Program-made: the position numbers and the translations under genes
Source of the DNA: a virus
Taxonomy: Duplodnaviria; Heunggongvirae; Uroviricota; Caudoviricetes
Reading direction: 5' to 3' (one strand)
IMG/VR virus record: IMGVR_UViG_3300001605_000025
Coordinates: 1 to 64,000 of that record
DNA: 64,000 nucleotides
Part shown: one piece after another, positions 34,954 through 44,811 of the stretch
Numbering within the stretch: the stretch's first letter is position 1
Layout: each line of letters starts with the position of its first letter
Notes under the pieces: model-generated
What the model was told of the DNA's origin: nothing
Databases searched by the model: none
What the model saw: only the letters and a program-made list of their open reading frames with translations

Positions 34954-36437
34954 TGGCATATTACTACGTAGACTATACGAATGGTTCGGACTCTCGTACC
35001 GGATTACGTATACCTGCGGGTGACCATGATTCGGTATCTTATTATACAATCGATTCTACTGCAGATACGACACATTTTGTTGATTCAGCGTTAACTGGAG
35101 CAAACGACTACATTAACGGTGGGTACGTCTATAATGTTACACGGTCGATTGGAGCTGTAGTATCTGATTTTGATGCTGCAACTGATACGGTTACGCTAGC
35201 AACGGCAATTGCTGGAATGACTGCTGGTGACTCCTATTATATACTGAACTCGTTTAAGAATATCTCACAGTTTACAACTGCTGGATCAGCTAGAAGTCCA
35301 GGTGATAAATGTTACGTTAGAGCGAATCAGACACACAATCTAGCTTCTACATCACTAGGATTTGATGAGGATGGATCAGTAAGTGCGTTTATTTATCTGA
35401 TAGGTTGTAACGCGACTCAAGGTGTTGATCCGTATCATGATGGATCTGATGTTAGGCCGACGTTAGACTTTGGTGCTACAACAGCATACGTGCAGATATC
35501 AGGAGATTACTGGTGGTATATCCAGAATCTAGATGTTAGGGGATCAACTAGTTCTAATGGTAATATATCTCTTACTGCTGCAATTGGGACTGTTATTGAT
35601 AACTGTATGTCTAGAGATGGTGGAGCGAGCACAACTGGAATTAGAACTAGTATGACTAGAGGTATTTGGTTGATGAATTGTGTTGTCGCGAAGTGCCCGT
35701 ACTATGGAATGTATCTAATGGAGTCATATGTAGTTGTAACTAGATGTGTAATAGATGCAAATGCATCTGGGTCTTCGTATGGTATAGCTACACGTGGATC
35801 AGAAGTAATAGTTAATAATTGTATAATTGGAGCATCAACACCGTTTCTTACTGATATACACTTTAGTTATTCACATGTACTAGTTGGTAATTCTACATTA
35901 AGTAGTTCAGTTAAACTAGTTACGTTACCTGATTACGTGTTTGGTACAGGATCAACTGAGGATTATCTCGGAGTATATGGAAGTTTCTATCGCAAAGTTA
36001 GTTGTCTTGGGGTAACTAATTCAACAGCAGTTACTAGACCAGGTGGAGCATCATCAACTGTTGTTATGCAACCGTATATAACAATGTGGTATAAGAGTCC
36101 GATTAGTATAAACAATTCGATAATAAATCCAGATTTCCGTGTGTGGTCATCTGCTAACGAAAGAACGATTACCGTTTACATACGTGGGTTTAATTGGGCG
36201 TCGTTTCCGACTGCTGAACAACTATATATAAAAGCGGAATATATTTCAGCTGCTAGCCCACTAACATATAGTTCTGCTGTATCGACACAAGTACTAACAG
36301 ATAATACAACATGGGTAGCCTTTCGGGTTACTGTTACACCAGTTGTTGCGTCATTCATTAATATATGGGTTCAACTTGGACAGTTCGAAGATACATCAAC
36401 TGGTATATACGTTGATCCGAAGTTGGTGGTATCATGA
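34953..36437 (+). CDS. beta-helix (pectate-lyase-fold-like) tail spike/fibre protein, paralog 1
   Basis: N-terminus MAYYYVDYTNGSDSRTG is typical of right-handed beta-helix proteins. Repeated NC/xG-rich turns. Clear similarity to the next gene. Confidence 0.55.
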   Translation: MAYYYVDYTNGSDSRTGLRIPAGDHDSVSYYTIDSTADTTHFVDSALTGANDYINGGYVYNVTRSIGAVVSDFDAATDTVTLATAIAGMTAGDSYYILNSFKNISQFTTAGSARSPGDKCYVRANQTHNLASTSLGFDEDGSVSAFIYLIGCNATQGVDPYHDGSDVRPTLDFGATTAYVQISGDYWWYIQNLDVRGSTSSNGNISLTAAIGTVIDNCMSRDGGASTTGIRTSMTRGIWLMNCVVAKCPYYGMYLMESYVVVTRCVIDANASGSSYGIATRGSEVIVNNCIIGASTPFLTDIHFSYSHVLVGNSTLSSSVKLVTLPDYVFGTGSTEDYLGVYGSFYRKVSCLGVTNSTAVTRPGGASSTVVMQPYITMWYKSPISINNSIINPDFRVWSSANERTITVYIRGFNWASFPTAEQLYIKAEYISAASPLTYSSAVSTQVLTDNTTWVAFRVTVTPVVASFINIWVQLGQFEDTSTGIYVDPKLVVS

Positions 36438-37900
36438 CCGATTACTATATTGATTACGTTAACGGACTAAATACGAATACCGGATTACAATATAATCCGT
36501 TAACAGTTGATTCGACAGCTGATACGACACACTTAACAGATGCAGCACTCACCGGTATGACTATTGGAAACGGATCATTTGTTTGGAATGTAACACGAGG
36601 AGCTGGTGCTACAACACTAGCGTGGGATGATGGAACTGATACGTTAACACTTGGAACTGCGATTGCTGGTATGGCTGCGGGAGATTCATATTATCTGATT
36701 ACACCGTATAAAACGATATCTCAGTTCACGACAGCTGGTGGTGTACGATCTGCGGGTGATAAGTGTTATATTAGAGCAAACCAGACTCATGACTGTTCAG
36801 CTGCTAATATAGAGTTTGATGAAGATGGATCGTCTGTTGATTATATTTATCTAATTGGTTGTAACGTAAGTCAGGGTATTGATCCATGGCATGATAATTC
36901 TGATGTTAGACCCATAATAGATTTTAAGAATAGCTCAACATACTATATGTATTTGTATACTGATTATTGGTGGTATATTAAGAATTTAGACTTTACATCA
37001 ATCTATAGATCGTCTGCTGAAGCTGGAATATTATCAACTTGGGTAGTTCTTGGATTATATATTGACAATTGTCAGTTCCATAATGCTACAGGAACAGCAG
37101 CATATGCATTAAATCTAGCACGAGCAGGATGTGTTACTGTACATAATTGTGGGTTTTATTCTAATACAGGACCTGGATTATTTACAAATGAAAGTTGGGG
37201 AATTATAGAAGGATGCACATTCTCTAGTAGTGGTACTGGAACAGGTACTGGAGCAGCTTTCCGAGGAAGTGAATATATTGTAAAAGATTCAGTTTTTGGA
37301 TCACCAACTACATTTGCATATGATATACAGTCTGGGTACGGAGCGAATGTAATTCTGAGAAACTGTACAGTTAACTATAGTAAGTTTACCATTCCTGCAT
37401 TTTCATGGGGATCAATAGCAGTTGAAGATTATAATGGTGTATACGGAGATAAGTATCTAAAGACAGCTCGGGCAGTAATTACTAGTTCGACTGCTGTTAT
37501 ACGGGAAGGTGGATCACCAGAGTCTGCTTATTTAGTAGCAACATCATCTGATGTTGGTCAATATGATGCAGTAGGACTACATGATTCTATCGAACCAGAT
37601 TTTAAGATTTGGTGTACTGATACTACAACAGTTACTATTTATATGAGAGGAGCGGGATGGAGTTCCTTCCCAGTGACAACATACGACCTGTATATTACAG
37701 CTGAATATATATCTGCGACTAATCCATTAGATTATGAGTATGAGTATTCATCACAGGAATTATCTGATAATACTACATGGGTAGGTTATCAAGTTACGTT
37801 TACACCTGCTACTCCCTCGTACGTAGGAATATATGTATGTTTAGCACGGTACGTAGCTAGCACAGGTGTCTATATAGATATAGAACCAGTTATAACTTGA
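36434..37900 (+). CDS. beta-helix tail spike/fibre protein, paralog 2
   Basis: Shares long collinear blocks with 34953..36437 (DSTADTTH, TLxTAIAGMxAGDSYY, ISQFTTAG, GDKCYxRANQTH, FDEDGS, IYLIGCN, DYWWYI). Confidence 0.55.
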   Translation: MTDYYIDYVNGLNTNTGLQYNPLTVDSTADTTHLTDAALTGMTIGNGSFVWNVTRGAGATTLAWDDGTDTLTLGTAIAGMAAGDSYYLITPYKTISQFTTAGGVRSAGDKCYIRANQTHDCSAANIEFDEDGSSVDYIYLIGCNVSQGIDPWHDNSDVRPIIDFKNSSTYYMYLYTDYWWYIKNLDFTSIYRSSAEAGILSTWVVLGLYIDNCQFHNATGTAAYALNLARAGCVTVHNCGFYSNTGPGLFTNESWGIIEGCTFSSSGTGTGTGAAFRGSEYIVKDSVFGSPTTFAYDIQSGYGANVILRNCTVNYSKFTIPAFSWGSIAVEDYNGVYGDKYLKTARAVITSSTAVIREGGSPESAYLVATSSDVGQYDAVGLHDSIEPDFKIWCTDTTTVTIYMRGAGWSSFPVTTYDLYITAEYISATNPLDYEYEYSSQELSDNTTWVGYQVTFTPATPSYVGIYVCLARYVASTGVYIDIEPVIT

Positions 37901-37907
37901 GGGTATC

Positions 37908-39599
37908 ATGATAACAAGGTGGTCTAACGGTAAATTAGTTAGTACGACTGGATCAATATATGAGTGGGTTAGCGGTAGACCTGTAGTAGTTGTAATGTTG
38001 GAGCGGACAACTGTACAGAAGACATTAGTTTATGCGGTTCGTAGCACACCATCGATTACTAAAACGTTAACGTATACTATTAAGAAGTCGGTAAGCGTTC
38101 AGAAATCATTAGCATATGAGATTAGAAATACACAACCATTCATTGTAGAGAAGACATTAACGTATACTATCAGGACTATATTAACTGTACAGAAGACATT
38201 ATCTTATGCTATTAAAAAGTTGGTAAGTATACAAGACACGTTAGCTTATGTTATTAAGAATGTATATACTATCCAGAAGCCATTATCTTATGTAATCGGG
38301 ACTGTAGTTAGTATAACTAAAACGTTAAACTATTCAATTAAAAGTAACTCCAGTAAAACAGCTAGTTTAACATATGTTATTAGTAAAGTATCAACACTAA
38401 CAGAACCGTTAACATACTGTATTACTAGCAGACAAACTATTCAGATATCGTTAACGTACAATGTTCAGGTACCTTCCAGTCTAACAAAACTATTAACGTA
38501 TAGTATACTACGATCAGAAAGTATAACGAGAACATTAAGCTATACTGTTAAGTTTGTATCTAGTAAAACAATCAGTTTGACATATAGTATTACTGGAGGG
38601 TCGGCATTATCAGTTCCGTTAACGTACTACATTGCTACCGAGCAGGTTATTCAACTACCGTTAACGTATAGTATACAGTTTATTTCTAGTATAGTAGACA
38701 CGTTATCGTATAGTATAAAACGGGTAGAAGATATAACTAAGTCGTTAACCTATTCAATTACAGGTATTCCTACTAGGATACTAAGCTTAACGTATAGTAT
38801 CCACAGAGTATCAACGTTAACACACATACTAACGTATAACGTTCAGTTTACTGGCAGTAAGAATCTTGGATTAACATATATCATCGGTAACGTTCCAGTT
38901 ATACAGAAGACGTTAACATATGCTATCGGACTAACAAGTAGTCTGACAAAACAGTTAGATTATAGGATTAGAACGGTAGTGTTGAAAACACTTGAACAAG
39001 CCTATAGTATTAAATTTGTTCAATCTGTATCTAAGACCCTAACGTATGCTATTGAACGTTCAGAATCGTTGAGCATTTCATTAACCTATCGCATCAACGT
39101 TCCAACTAGTATCGCGAAATCATTAGACTACGTTATATTATCGATTACAAGTCCAACCATACAGAAGACGTTAACATACTATATTAAGAGTAGTAAGGTT
39201 GTACAGAAAACATTAACATACTGTATACCATTCAGTGTTCAGAAAACGTTAACGTTAGCGTATAGTATTGGAGTAGGTACAACAATAACTAAGTCACTGG
39301 ATTACATTATACAATCCAGTGTGGATATTCAGAGGACGTTAAGTTACGTGATTAGGGCAGCATTATCTAAAACGCTATCGTTGACATATTCTGTTCTCGG
39401 ATATGTTCCGTGGTATGAAGATATAACGTTAACGTCTTATATTATATTAGAACAAACATTTACATCTAGTATAGATATAACATATAGTATTGAATCGGAT
39501 GTCGATACCGAGTATCTGTTAGACTCTCAGATTACTAGTCTAGAGATATCACTGGAATCGATAGTAGCTATTGAATTAGAGACAGGAGGAACTATATGA
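37908..39599 (+). CDS. fibre-like protein built from about 33 tandem 14-residue repeats
   Basis: 563 aa. Consensus K-[TS]-L-[TS]-Y-x-I-x6-[QT] repeated from aa 38 to 502. Confidence 0.6.
   Translation: MITRWSNGKLVSTTGSIYEWVSGRPVVVVMLERTTVQKTLVYAVRSTPSITKTLTYTIKKSVSVQKSLAYEIRNTQPFIVEKTLTYTIRTILTVQKTLSYAIKKLVSIQDTLAYVIKNVYTIQKPLSYVIGTVVSITKTLNYSIKSNSSKTASLTYVISKVSTLTEPLTYCITSRQTIQISLTYNVQVPSSLTKLLTYSILRSESITRTLSYTVKFVSSKTISLTYSITGGSALSVPLTYYIATEQVIQLPLTYSIQFISSIVDTLSYSIKRVEDITKSLTYSITGIPTRILSLTYSIHRVSTLTHILTYNVQFTGSKNLGLTYIIGNVPVIQKTLTYAIGLTSSLTKQLDYRIRTVVLKTLEQAYSIKFVQSVSKTLTYAIERSESLSISLTYRINVPTSIAKSLDYVILSITSPTIQKTLTYYIKSSKVVQKTLTYCIPFSVQKTLTLAYSIGVGTTITKSLDYIIQSSVDIQRTLSYVIRAALSKTLSLTYSVLGYVPWYEDITLTSYIILEQTFTSSIDITYSIESDVDTEYLLDSQITSLEISLESIVAIELETGGTI
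38019..39413 (+). repeat. in-frame degenerate 42-nt (14-codon) tandem repeat array, about 33 units
   Basis: The periodic LTY/LSY motif recurs every 14 residues (a few units are 12-16). The repeats are diverged at DNA level. Confidence 0.8.
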
Positions 39600-39892
39600 C
39601 CGATGAAAGAATTTACGAAGGAGATGTTGGAGTTCGATTCTTGGTATCAACTGGAATTGATCTCACGACTACAACTGTTACTCAGTTGAAAGTAACGAAA
39701 GGTGACTTATCAACAGCAACTTGGAATGCATCCGTTAACATTGACGATAATACAGTTATGGAGTATATATCTGTTGATGGTGATTTAGATGTTTCAGGAA
39801 AGTACAAGTTATACGCTTACGTAGAATTTACTACCGACTCGAAACATTCGGGACGTGTTGCAACATTCACCGTGTACGATGTATTTAAATAG
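39596..39892 (+). CDS. small Ig-like/beta-sandwich structural protein (tentative)
   Basis: 98 aa. Pattern of alternating beta strands (GDVGVRFLV...LKVTKGD...GKYKLYAYVEF). Confidence 0.4.
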   Translation: MTDERIYEGDVGVRFLVSTGIDLTTTTVTQLKVTKGDLSTATWNASVNIDDNTVMEYISVDGDLDVSGKYKLYAYVEFTTDSKHSGRVATFTVYDVFK

Positions 39893-39907
39893 TTTCAGGG
39901 TGATGAT

Positions 39908-39940
39908 CTGAACGGTGTTCAGTGAACCTATGCGCATAGG
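39908..39940 (+). terminator. two adjacent hairpins after 39596..39892 (CTGAAC-GGT-GTTCAG and the palindrome CCTATGCGCATAGG)
   Basis: Perfect inverted repeats at 39908-39922 and 39927-39940 in the intergenic gap. No T-run follows, so the function is uncertain. Confidence 0.3.
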
Positions 39941-39957
39941 ACTAAAGGAGAATATGT

Positions 39958-40908
39958 ATGGATGTATCTTTGATTCAACCAATGGTGATGCCGATTGTAG
40001 TCGCTGCGTTCGGTATCTTTGCCGGTTTCATGTTCATATACCGGAATATGACTACGGGAGATCAGTTTTCGTTTGAGAAGTTCCTCCCTACTATGGGAGT
40101 TGGTGCTATCGCAGCACTTTTCCTGTATGCGACAGGTGGAGTATTTCCGGGTATCGATGAAGTGTTCGCTGAACTGATTATTCTTGCACCTGGTGGTGTA
40201 CCAGCAGTTGCTGCTATCTTTGCAGCTGTACTCGCGATACTGAATGGATTCGCATCGACTAAGCCTATTGTTACTGGGAAGGCTACTGTAAAACAGTCTC
40301 TGGTGGGTGTTAGGCCACTTATGTCAACCCCGACAACTGTTCCAGCTAGTAACGTTGATAGTGGTGGTATTGTAGGTACCCGCATTAAGATGGGTGACGG
40401 ACGGTATGCAATCGTTAACGGTGATGGAACGTTCACATTTGATGATGGATCGATTATCAAGTGTGACGGTACTATTGTTAAGCCTGCTGATCCTGTTCCC
40501 GTTCCGGTTCCAGATCCGACAACTGCCCCTGGGTATACGGAAGTTGGTAGTGATAATATGCCTGACAATTACGTTCCGTGGTCAGCACCCGGATTTACGG
40601 TAATGCCACCCTTTAATAAGATTAAGTCTGGTGAGACTGTTAATCTTCAGGTGTACGTCGGAATGAATAAGGATAAGAAGACTTATCCAGCACTCCAGGT
40701 ACTTTGGGGAGACGGAACTGCATTGCAGGTTGTTCCAGTTGTGAACGGACTTGCTACTGCTTCACACAGTTATACGTATGTTAAGGGAGCAGCAAAGTAT
40801 TCAGGTCGGTCGTTCTATCCTACATTTATCGTGATAGAGAACGATGGAACGGTAACGAACTTTAACACAGTACGAAAGTGTTGTGAAGTTGAAGTTCAAT
40901 CTATCTAA
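39958..40908 (+). CDS. membrane protein (about 3 N-terminal TM helices), Pro-rich linker and PKD-like C-terminal domain
   Basis: Hydrophobic segments in aa 1-100, a PADPVPVPVPDP linker, and VLWGDGTALQV...HSYTY, which is PKD-like. Confidence 0.5.
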   Translation: MDVSLIQPMVMPIVVAAFGIFAGFMFIYRNMTTGDQFSFEKFLPTMGVGAIAALFLYATGGVFPGIDEVFAELIILAPGGVPAVAAIFAAVLAILNGFASTKPIVTGKATVKQSLVGVRPLMSTPTTVPASNVDSGGIVGTRIKMGDGRYAIVNGDGTFTFDDGSIIKCDGTIVKPADPVPVPVPDPTTAPGYTEVGSDNMPDNYVPWSAPGFTVMPPFNKIKSGETVNLQVYVGMNKDKKTYPALQVLWGDGTALQVVPVVNGLATASHSYTYVKGAAKYSGRSFYPTFIVIENDGTVTNFNTVRKCCEVEVQSI

Positions 40909-40975
40909 ACCTTTTTTAGATCCAGTTCTTTATAACAGGGAAAGGCAAACCCTTTTATAAAGGAGAGAATTCTGA

Positions 40976-41293
40976 ATGCAGACCATTAGAGTGGCACAAA
41001 ATGATGTCTATAACATTAGTTATACGTTAACTAATCCAACGATTAACTTGTGGACCGCTGCTACACCTGCGACACCAAGTGTTGATCTAGACATTATTGA
41101 TATAGATACGAAAGAAGTATTGACAACGATTCCGTGTACGGTTACTGCACCGACAACTGGAGTTATTCGGTTTAGTACTGAGGACTTTGCATCACTGGAT
41201 AAAAAGATGTATCTTGCACAGTTCCGGATAATGATAGGAACGACATTACAGTCGATACCTAAGGATTCCGAACAAGCAGTGTGGGTTTACTAA
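40976..41293 (+). CDS. small beta-sandwich protein (tentative)
   Basis: 105-aa ORF preceded by AAAGGAGAG SD. Confidence 0.4.
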   Translation: MQTIRVAQNDVYNISYTLTNPTINLWTAATPATPSVDLDIIDIDTKEVLTTIPCTVTAPTTGVIRFSTEDFASLDKKMYLAQFRIMIGTTLQSIPKDSEQAVWVY

Positions 41294-41649
41294 GGGTGGT
41301 CGAAATTGATAACGAAGATCAACATGGAGTGGTAGATTATAGGAATCGATGTATTGACGATCATGAAATGCGTCTACGTCATCTTGAGGCGAATAATAAA
41401 GAACAGGCGAAACTATTCGTCATGTCTGAAAAACTTGAAAACCAAATTCAAGCACTTGATGATAAAACCGATGTTCGATTTAAGAACTTAGAGAAGTGGA
41501 TGGATTCACAAATTGCTATTATTGCAGTTGAACGTGCTACTCAGAAAGAACGTGTAGAGGAAGTTAAAGATACTAAAAAAGATCTGTTTGGGATTATAGC
41601 ACTTGTTATATCATGTATCGTGCTTATACTAAACATACTGAAGGGTTGA
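41281..41649 (+). CDS. tail-anchored coiled-coil membrane protein (start uncertain)
   Basis: Coiled coil followed by C-terminal TM LFGIIALVISCIVLILNIL. Only non-ATG starts are available. Confidence 0.4.
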   Translation: MGLLRVVEIDNEDQHGVVDYRNRCIDDHEMRLRHLEANNKEQAKLFVMSEKLENQIQALDDKTDVRFKNLEKWMDSQIAIIAVERATQKERVEEVKDTKKDLFGIIALVISCIVLILNILKG

Positions 41650-42023
41650 TGCCTACTATGGTTGCACACAACGAGAACAATGGTATTGTTACCCATTGTA
41701 AACAGGAAACTACTATTGATAGACTAGTAGCGAAACAAGATAAGTATGAAGAACTAATAGCACAACTGATCACTAATGGAAGTAAAATAGATATGTTATC
41801 AGAGAGTATAGGTGAACTGAAAGATTCATTTAGTGTGATAACAAAGTGTTTACACACAATACAAATAACACAAGCTACATTACCATCGCAAACTGAAATT
41901 TCAACAATGAAGGAGGATTTGGTCCGGCATCGGACATGGTTTCAAATCCTTGGGGCTGCTACTGGGATCTTGGCTACACTTACTATTGCGTTGATAATGT
42001 TTATAGTAAATAAGATACTCTAG
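41649..42023 (+). CDS. tail-anchored coiled-coil membrane protein
   Basis: ATG at 41649 overlaps the upstream TGA. C-terminal TM WFQILGAATGILATLTIALIMFIV. Confidence 0.45.
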   Translation: MPTMVAHNENNGIVTHCKQETTIDRLVAKQDKYEELIAQLITNGSKIDMLSESIGELKDSFSVITKCLHTIQITQATLPSQTEISTMKEDLVRHRTWFQILGAATGILATLTIALIMFIVNKIL

Positions 42024-42490
42024 CGGTTCATTTCTTTACGGAAATTAGTGATGTGGACATCGAGCTGGAACATTGGGTTGATTGTAACAATTTTCTCTAC
42101 AACCTCCTTCGCTGACTCTCTAACCGTTATCAAATCGTATTGTGCAGCTATAATTGCTAAATTCAGTTGATACATATATCTCGATAACATTACTGTCTTT
42201 TTAGTAACCTCATATTCATTTAGTATATCGGTACGTTTTGCAATTGAATTTTCTAATCGTTGTCTCAAATACGTCAGTCGAGTCTCCAGTCGTAAGATCT
42301 CTTCACGTGTTGTATTAATCACATCATCATTTATCTTTAGCCGCATCTCAACAGCGATATCTGCAAACTCATCTGAATCAATAATATCTAACGCTTTAGT
42401 AGTAATATTAGATAGATCTAGTCCCATATTCTTAATTCGTTCAACTTTCTCTCTATCAACATATACCGATGTTGTTCCCTTTCGCACCAT
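42020..42490 (-). CDS. ribbon-helix-helix (CopG-like) DNA-binding protein with coiled-coil C-terminus
   Basis: GAGGAGG SD before ATG at 42490. The N-terminus KGTTSVYVDREKVERIKNMGLDLSNITTKALD matches the RHH pattern. Confidence 0.5.
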   Translation of the reverse strand: MVRKGTTSVYVDREKVERIKNMGLDLSNITTKALDIIDSDEFADIAVEMRLKINDDVINTTREEILRLETRLTYLRQRLENSIAKRTDILNEYEVTKKTVMLSRYMYQLNLAIIAAQYDLITVRESAKEVVEKIVTINPMFQLDVHITNFRKEMNR

Positions 42491-42592
42491 TAGAATCCTC
42501 CTCAACAATGACTACCATAGCACAATAGCTGCTCCGAATCATCCAGATATGTGTTCACAGCGTGTATTCGATAGCACCTACCGTAATACGTC

Positions 42593-43699
42593 CTACTTCA
42601 ACTTAACCAGATCACCGGCTAGTGTTTCTATCAGTCTATACTTAATCATATCAGCTAACTTCTCGTATACCTGTTTAGCATTCCAACCTACCATTGAACA
42701 TTCCTTAACGATATCACGTCTTGCACATGTTCCGCCGTGTAACGTAACGATGCGTCTAATCTGAACAAAGTCTAGGTTATTCGCTATGTCATCTCTCCAC
42801 ATCTTTTCATTTTGTAACAACGTTACTAGATCTGGATCCGTAACATCAAGATGCATAACAGGTTCGATCTCACGTTTCATCAGATGGTATCCAAGAATTA
42901 ACCGATTGAAGTAACTCGATTCAAAACTATATATATCCATCTCATGGTACAACTTCAGTATTGAGTCGTCAAATTCGATCTTGTTAATCGTATCCATCTG
43001 GTGTACTTGATCGTCGATGTTACTCCACAACACAGACATAGCTTGTGGATTCGGTCTTACATTTTGTGTCCGATGCATGATATCCATCAACGCTATATTA
43101 TCAGCATACGTAGGTAGGAATACCATAAAGATCAGTCTACGCCCTAACCCAGAACTAAGATCATAACTTCCAGGCTGAATTCCAGCCCACATCGATAGAT
43201 TCGTCTGATAGGCTATAGCTCCAGACGATAATCGTTTGAACACTCGTCCGTGATCTAACGCTGCTAACAGTTGTGTTTCCATCTGACTATTCATCTGATT
43301 CTTTAAGGCATCAGATATCGCTTTAAACTCATCAATTAACAACAGTCCATCTTTATTCAGTTCTGCAGCTCCAGGATTATTAATGCCTAAACCGTTAACC
43401 GACACGACAGTTCCAACAAAACCGGCTTCAGTCATTGACTGTTCACTAGCAATCTGGATCTCCGTCCCGTGAAAGATACCATGTGGATCAGCAGCCATAG
43501 TCTGGAGATAGTAAGTCTTCATAAACCCAGGTGGAGCTACAAATAGTAAGTGGCATCGCATATTCGGTAACTGCTTACCAGCATAGTATATCTCCCGTTT
43601 CTGGTTCATCAGATTGAACGCATGAACAGCATAGCTACAGGTAAAGTATGGAGCGTAGATCTCCCGTTTGTAAGCTTGCCGATCAGCAAGTTCACTCAT
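42593..43699 (-). CDS. MCM-like AAA+ ATPase (putative replicative helicase core)
   Basis: LLFVAPPGFMKT (Walker A-like), LLLIDEFKAISD (Walker B), QLLAALDHGRV...NLSMWAGIQP and GLGRRLIF are collinear with the MCM motifs (IDEFDKM, MEQQ, NAR..AAANP, SRFDL). Confidence 0.55.
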   Translation of the reverse strand: MSELADRQAYKREIYAPYFTCSYAVHAFNLMNQKREIYYAGKQLPNMRCHLLFVAPPGFMKTYYLQTMAADPHGIFHGTEIQIASEQSMTEAGFVGTVVSVNGLGINNPGAAELNKDGLLLIDEFKAISDALKNQMNSQMETQLLAALDHGRVFKRLSSGAIAYQTNLSMWAGIQPGSYDLSSGLGRRLIFMVFLPTYADNIALMDIMHRTQNVRPNPQAMSVLWSNIDDQVHQMDTINKIEFDDSILKLYHEMDIYSFESSYFNRLILGYHLMKREIEPVMHLDVTDPDLVTLLQNEKMWRDDIANNLDFVQIRRIVTLHGGTCARRDIVKECSMVGWNAKQVYEKLADMIKYRLIETLAGDLVKLK

Positions 43700-43722
43700 G
43701 ATCTGATCGTAAATTGATTTCG

Positions 43723-44355
43723 TTAGAATCTCTCCTTTAACGTTCTTCTTATCTGAATTGATTTCGCTGGACCAATTCCACGAACTCTCTGTAAATCTTT
43801 ATCTGGAACGTTTGCGATATTTGTTAAACAATTATGAGTCATCATTAATTGTGTCAGTTGTGCTGTTGAGATTCCAAGTAAACGTGCTGCCAGTATCGTG
43901 CGATCTCTTCTAACGGGAACATTATACTTTCCCTCATCAACTTTCTTCATGAACTTAACTAACGTGATCATACCTTCCCATTCGTTCTCTACCCATAACG
44001 GTTGAATACCGTACCGGCAGGCTATCGATGCGATCTCTCCGAAGAGAATATCTGGATCGATTGTTATCCCGATATCTCGCATATTCTTAACGTAAGGTGC
44101 TATAGCGCCTGTGATAAGCAGAATCTGGACTTTATCTTGGTGGACAGATATTCGTTCAATCTGATCGTGTATTCTACGATTAGGGCCTGTGATACTTCCA
44201 TACAAGTCTGCAATTGTCTTACGTTCAGCCAAACACCGTTCCGATTGGTAATCTCCTTCGTCTAGTTTAATCCTCCTGAACTTCATTTCCGGGAACTTCT
44301 TAGTTAAAAAGTCATAGTACTTTGGTGGCTCTCTTGTATCTACGTCGACTGGCAT
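43723..44355 (-). CDS. ERCC4/XPF-Mus81-Hef-type nuclease with C-terminal helix-hairpin-helix
   Basis: GDY...ERKTIADLYGSI is the ERCC4 signature GDxnERKx3D. C-terminal LQRVRGIGPAKSIQI is an HhH motif. Confidence 0.6.
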   Translation of the reverse strand: MPVDVDTREPPKYYDFLTKKFPEMKFRRIKLDEGDYQSERCLAERKTIADLYGSITGPNRRIHDQIERISVHQDKVQILLITGAIAPYVKNMRDIGITIDPDILFGEIASIACRYGIQPLWVENEWEGMITLVKFMKKVDEGKYNVPVRRDRTILAARLLGISTAQLTQLMMTHNCLTNIANVPDKDLQRVRGIGPAKSIQIRRTLKERF

Positions 44356-44594
44356 GGTATCGTTCCGCCTATCATTAGTTCCTCGTCACACCGTTTACAT
44401 CTACAGAGTACCTCGTAACGTACGGCTCCAACAATAACCTTCTTTAAAACAAAATCTGTAGGGTCCTCAGACCATATGCTAATTGGTTTCTCCATTATAT
44501 CACGATGAACTGTAACATCTAGAACGACCAGTTGATCAGCTGGATGTTTACAGTTTACTGCAGGATCTATTCCAACTATACTAGTTTCAGGCAC
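44340..44594 (-). CDS. hypothetical Cys-containing protein
   Basis: 84-aa ORF containing CRCKRC. Confidence 0.4.
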   Translation of the reverse strand: MPETSIVGIDPAVNCKHPADQLVVLDVTVHRDIMEKPISIWSEDPTDFVLKKVIVGAVRYEVLCRCKRCDEELMIGGTIPCQST

Positions 44595-44595
44595 G

Positions 44596-44811
44596 TTATC
44601 CCTCTCGGAAAACTTTTCGTTCTATCATCATTCGAATAGCTTCTAGTGCTGGAGATATCTCTACCCAGTCTCCAGAAAAATAGCTGGTTGGTAAGTTTGC
44701 TTTATCGCAATATGAATCAAACAGTTCAGACTTCTGCATCCATTCATGTTCTGTGTCCAGAAGCTCTAAAAATTGGACTAACGTTAGATTAGTTTCTTTC
44801 CCTTCCGACAT
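44596..44811 (-). CDS. hypothetical protein
   Basis: 71-aa ORF. Confidence 0.4.
   Translation of the reverse strand: MSEGKETNLTLVQFLELLDTEHEWMQKSELFDSYCDKANLPTSYFSGDWVEISPALEAIRMMIERKVFREG

Noticed and set aside
38019-39413. Possible CRISPR array or DNA satellite because of the regular periodicity
   Set aside because: The period is 42 nt and in frame, inside a long ORF. The units are degenerate at DNA level and there is no repeat-spacer architecture. It is a protein repeat.
40062-40568. 168-aa minus-strand ORF inside the + structural block (also 13347-13835, 23727-24098, 24783-25157, 26304-26615)
   Set aside because: It is antisense to the membrane/PKD protein, terminase and tape measure genes. 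Gly/Pro/Thr-rich shadow-frame translations.
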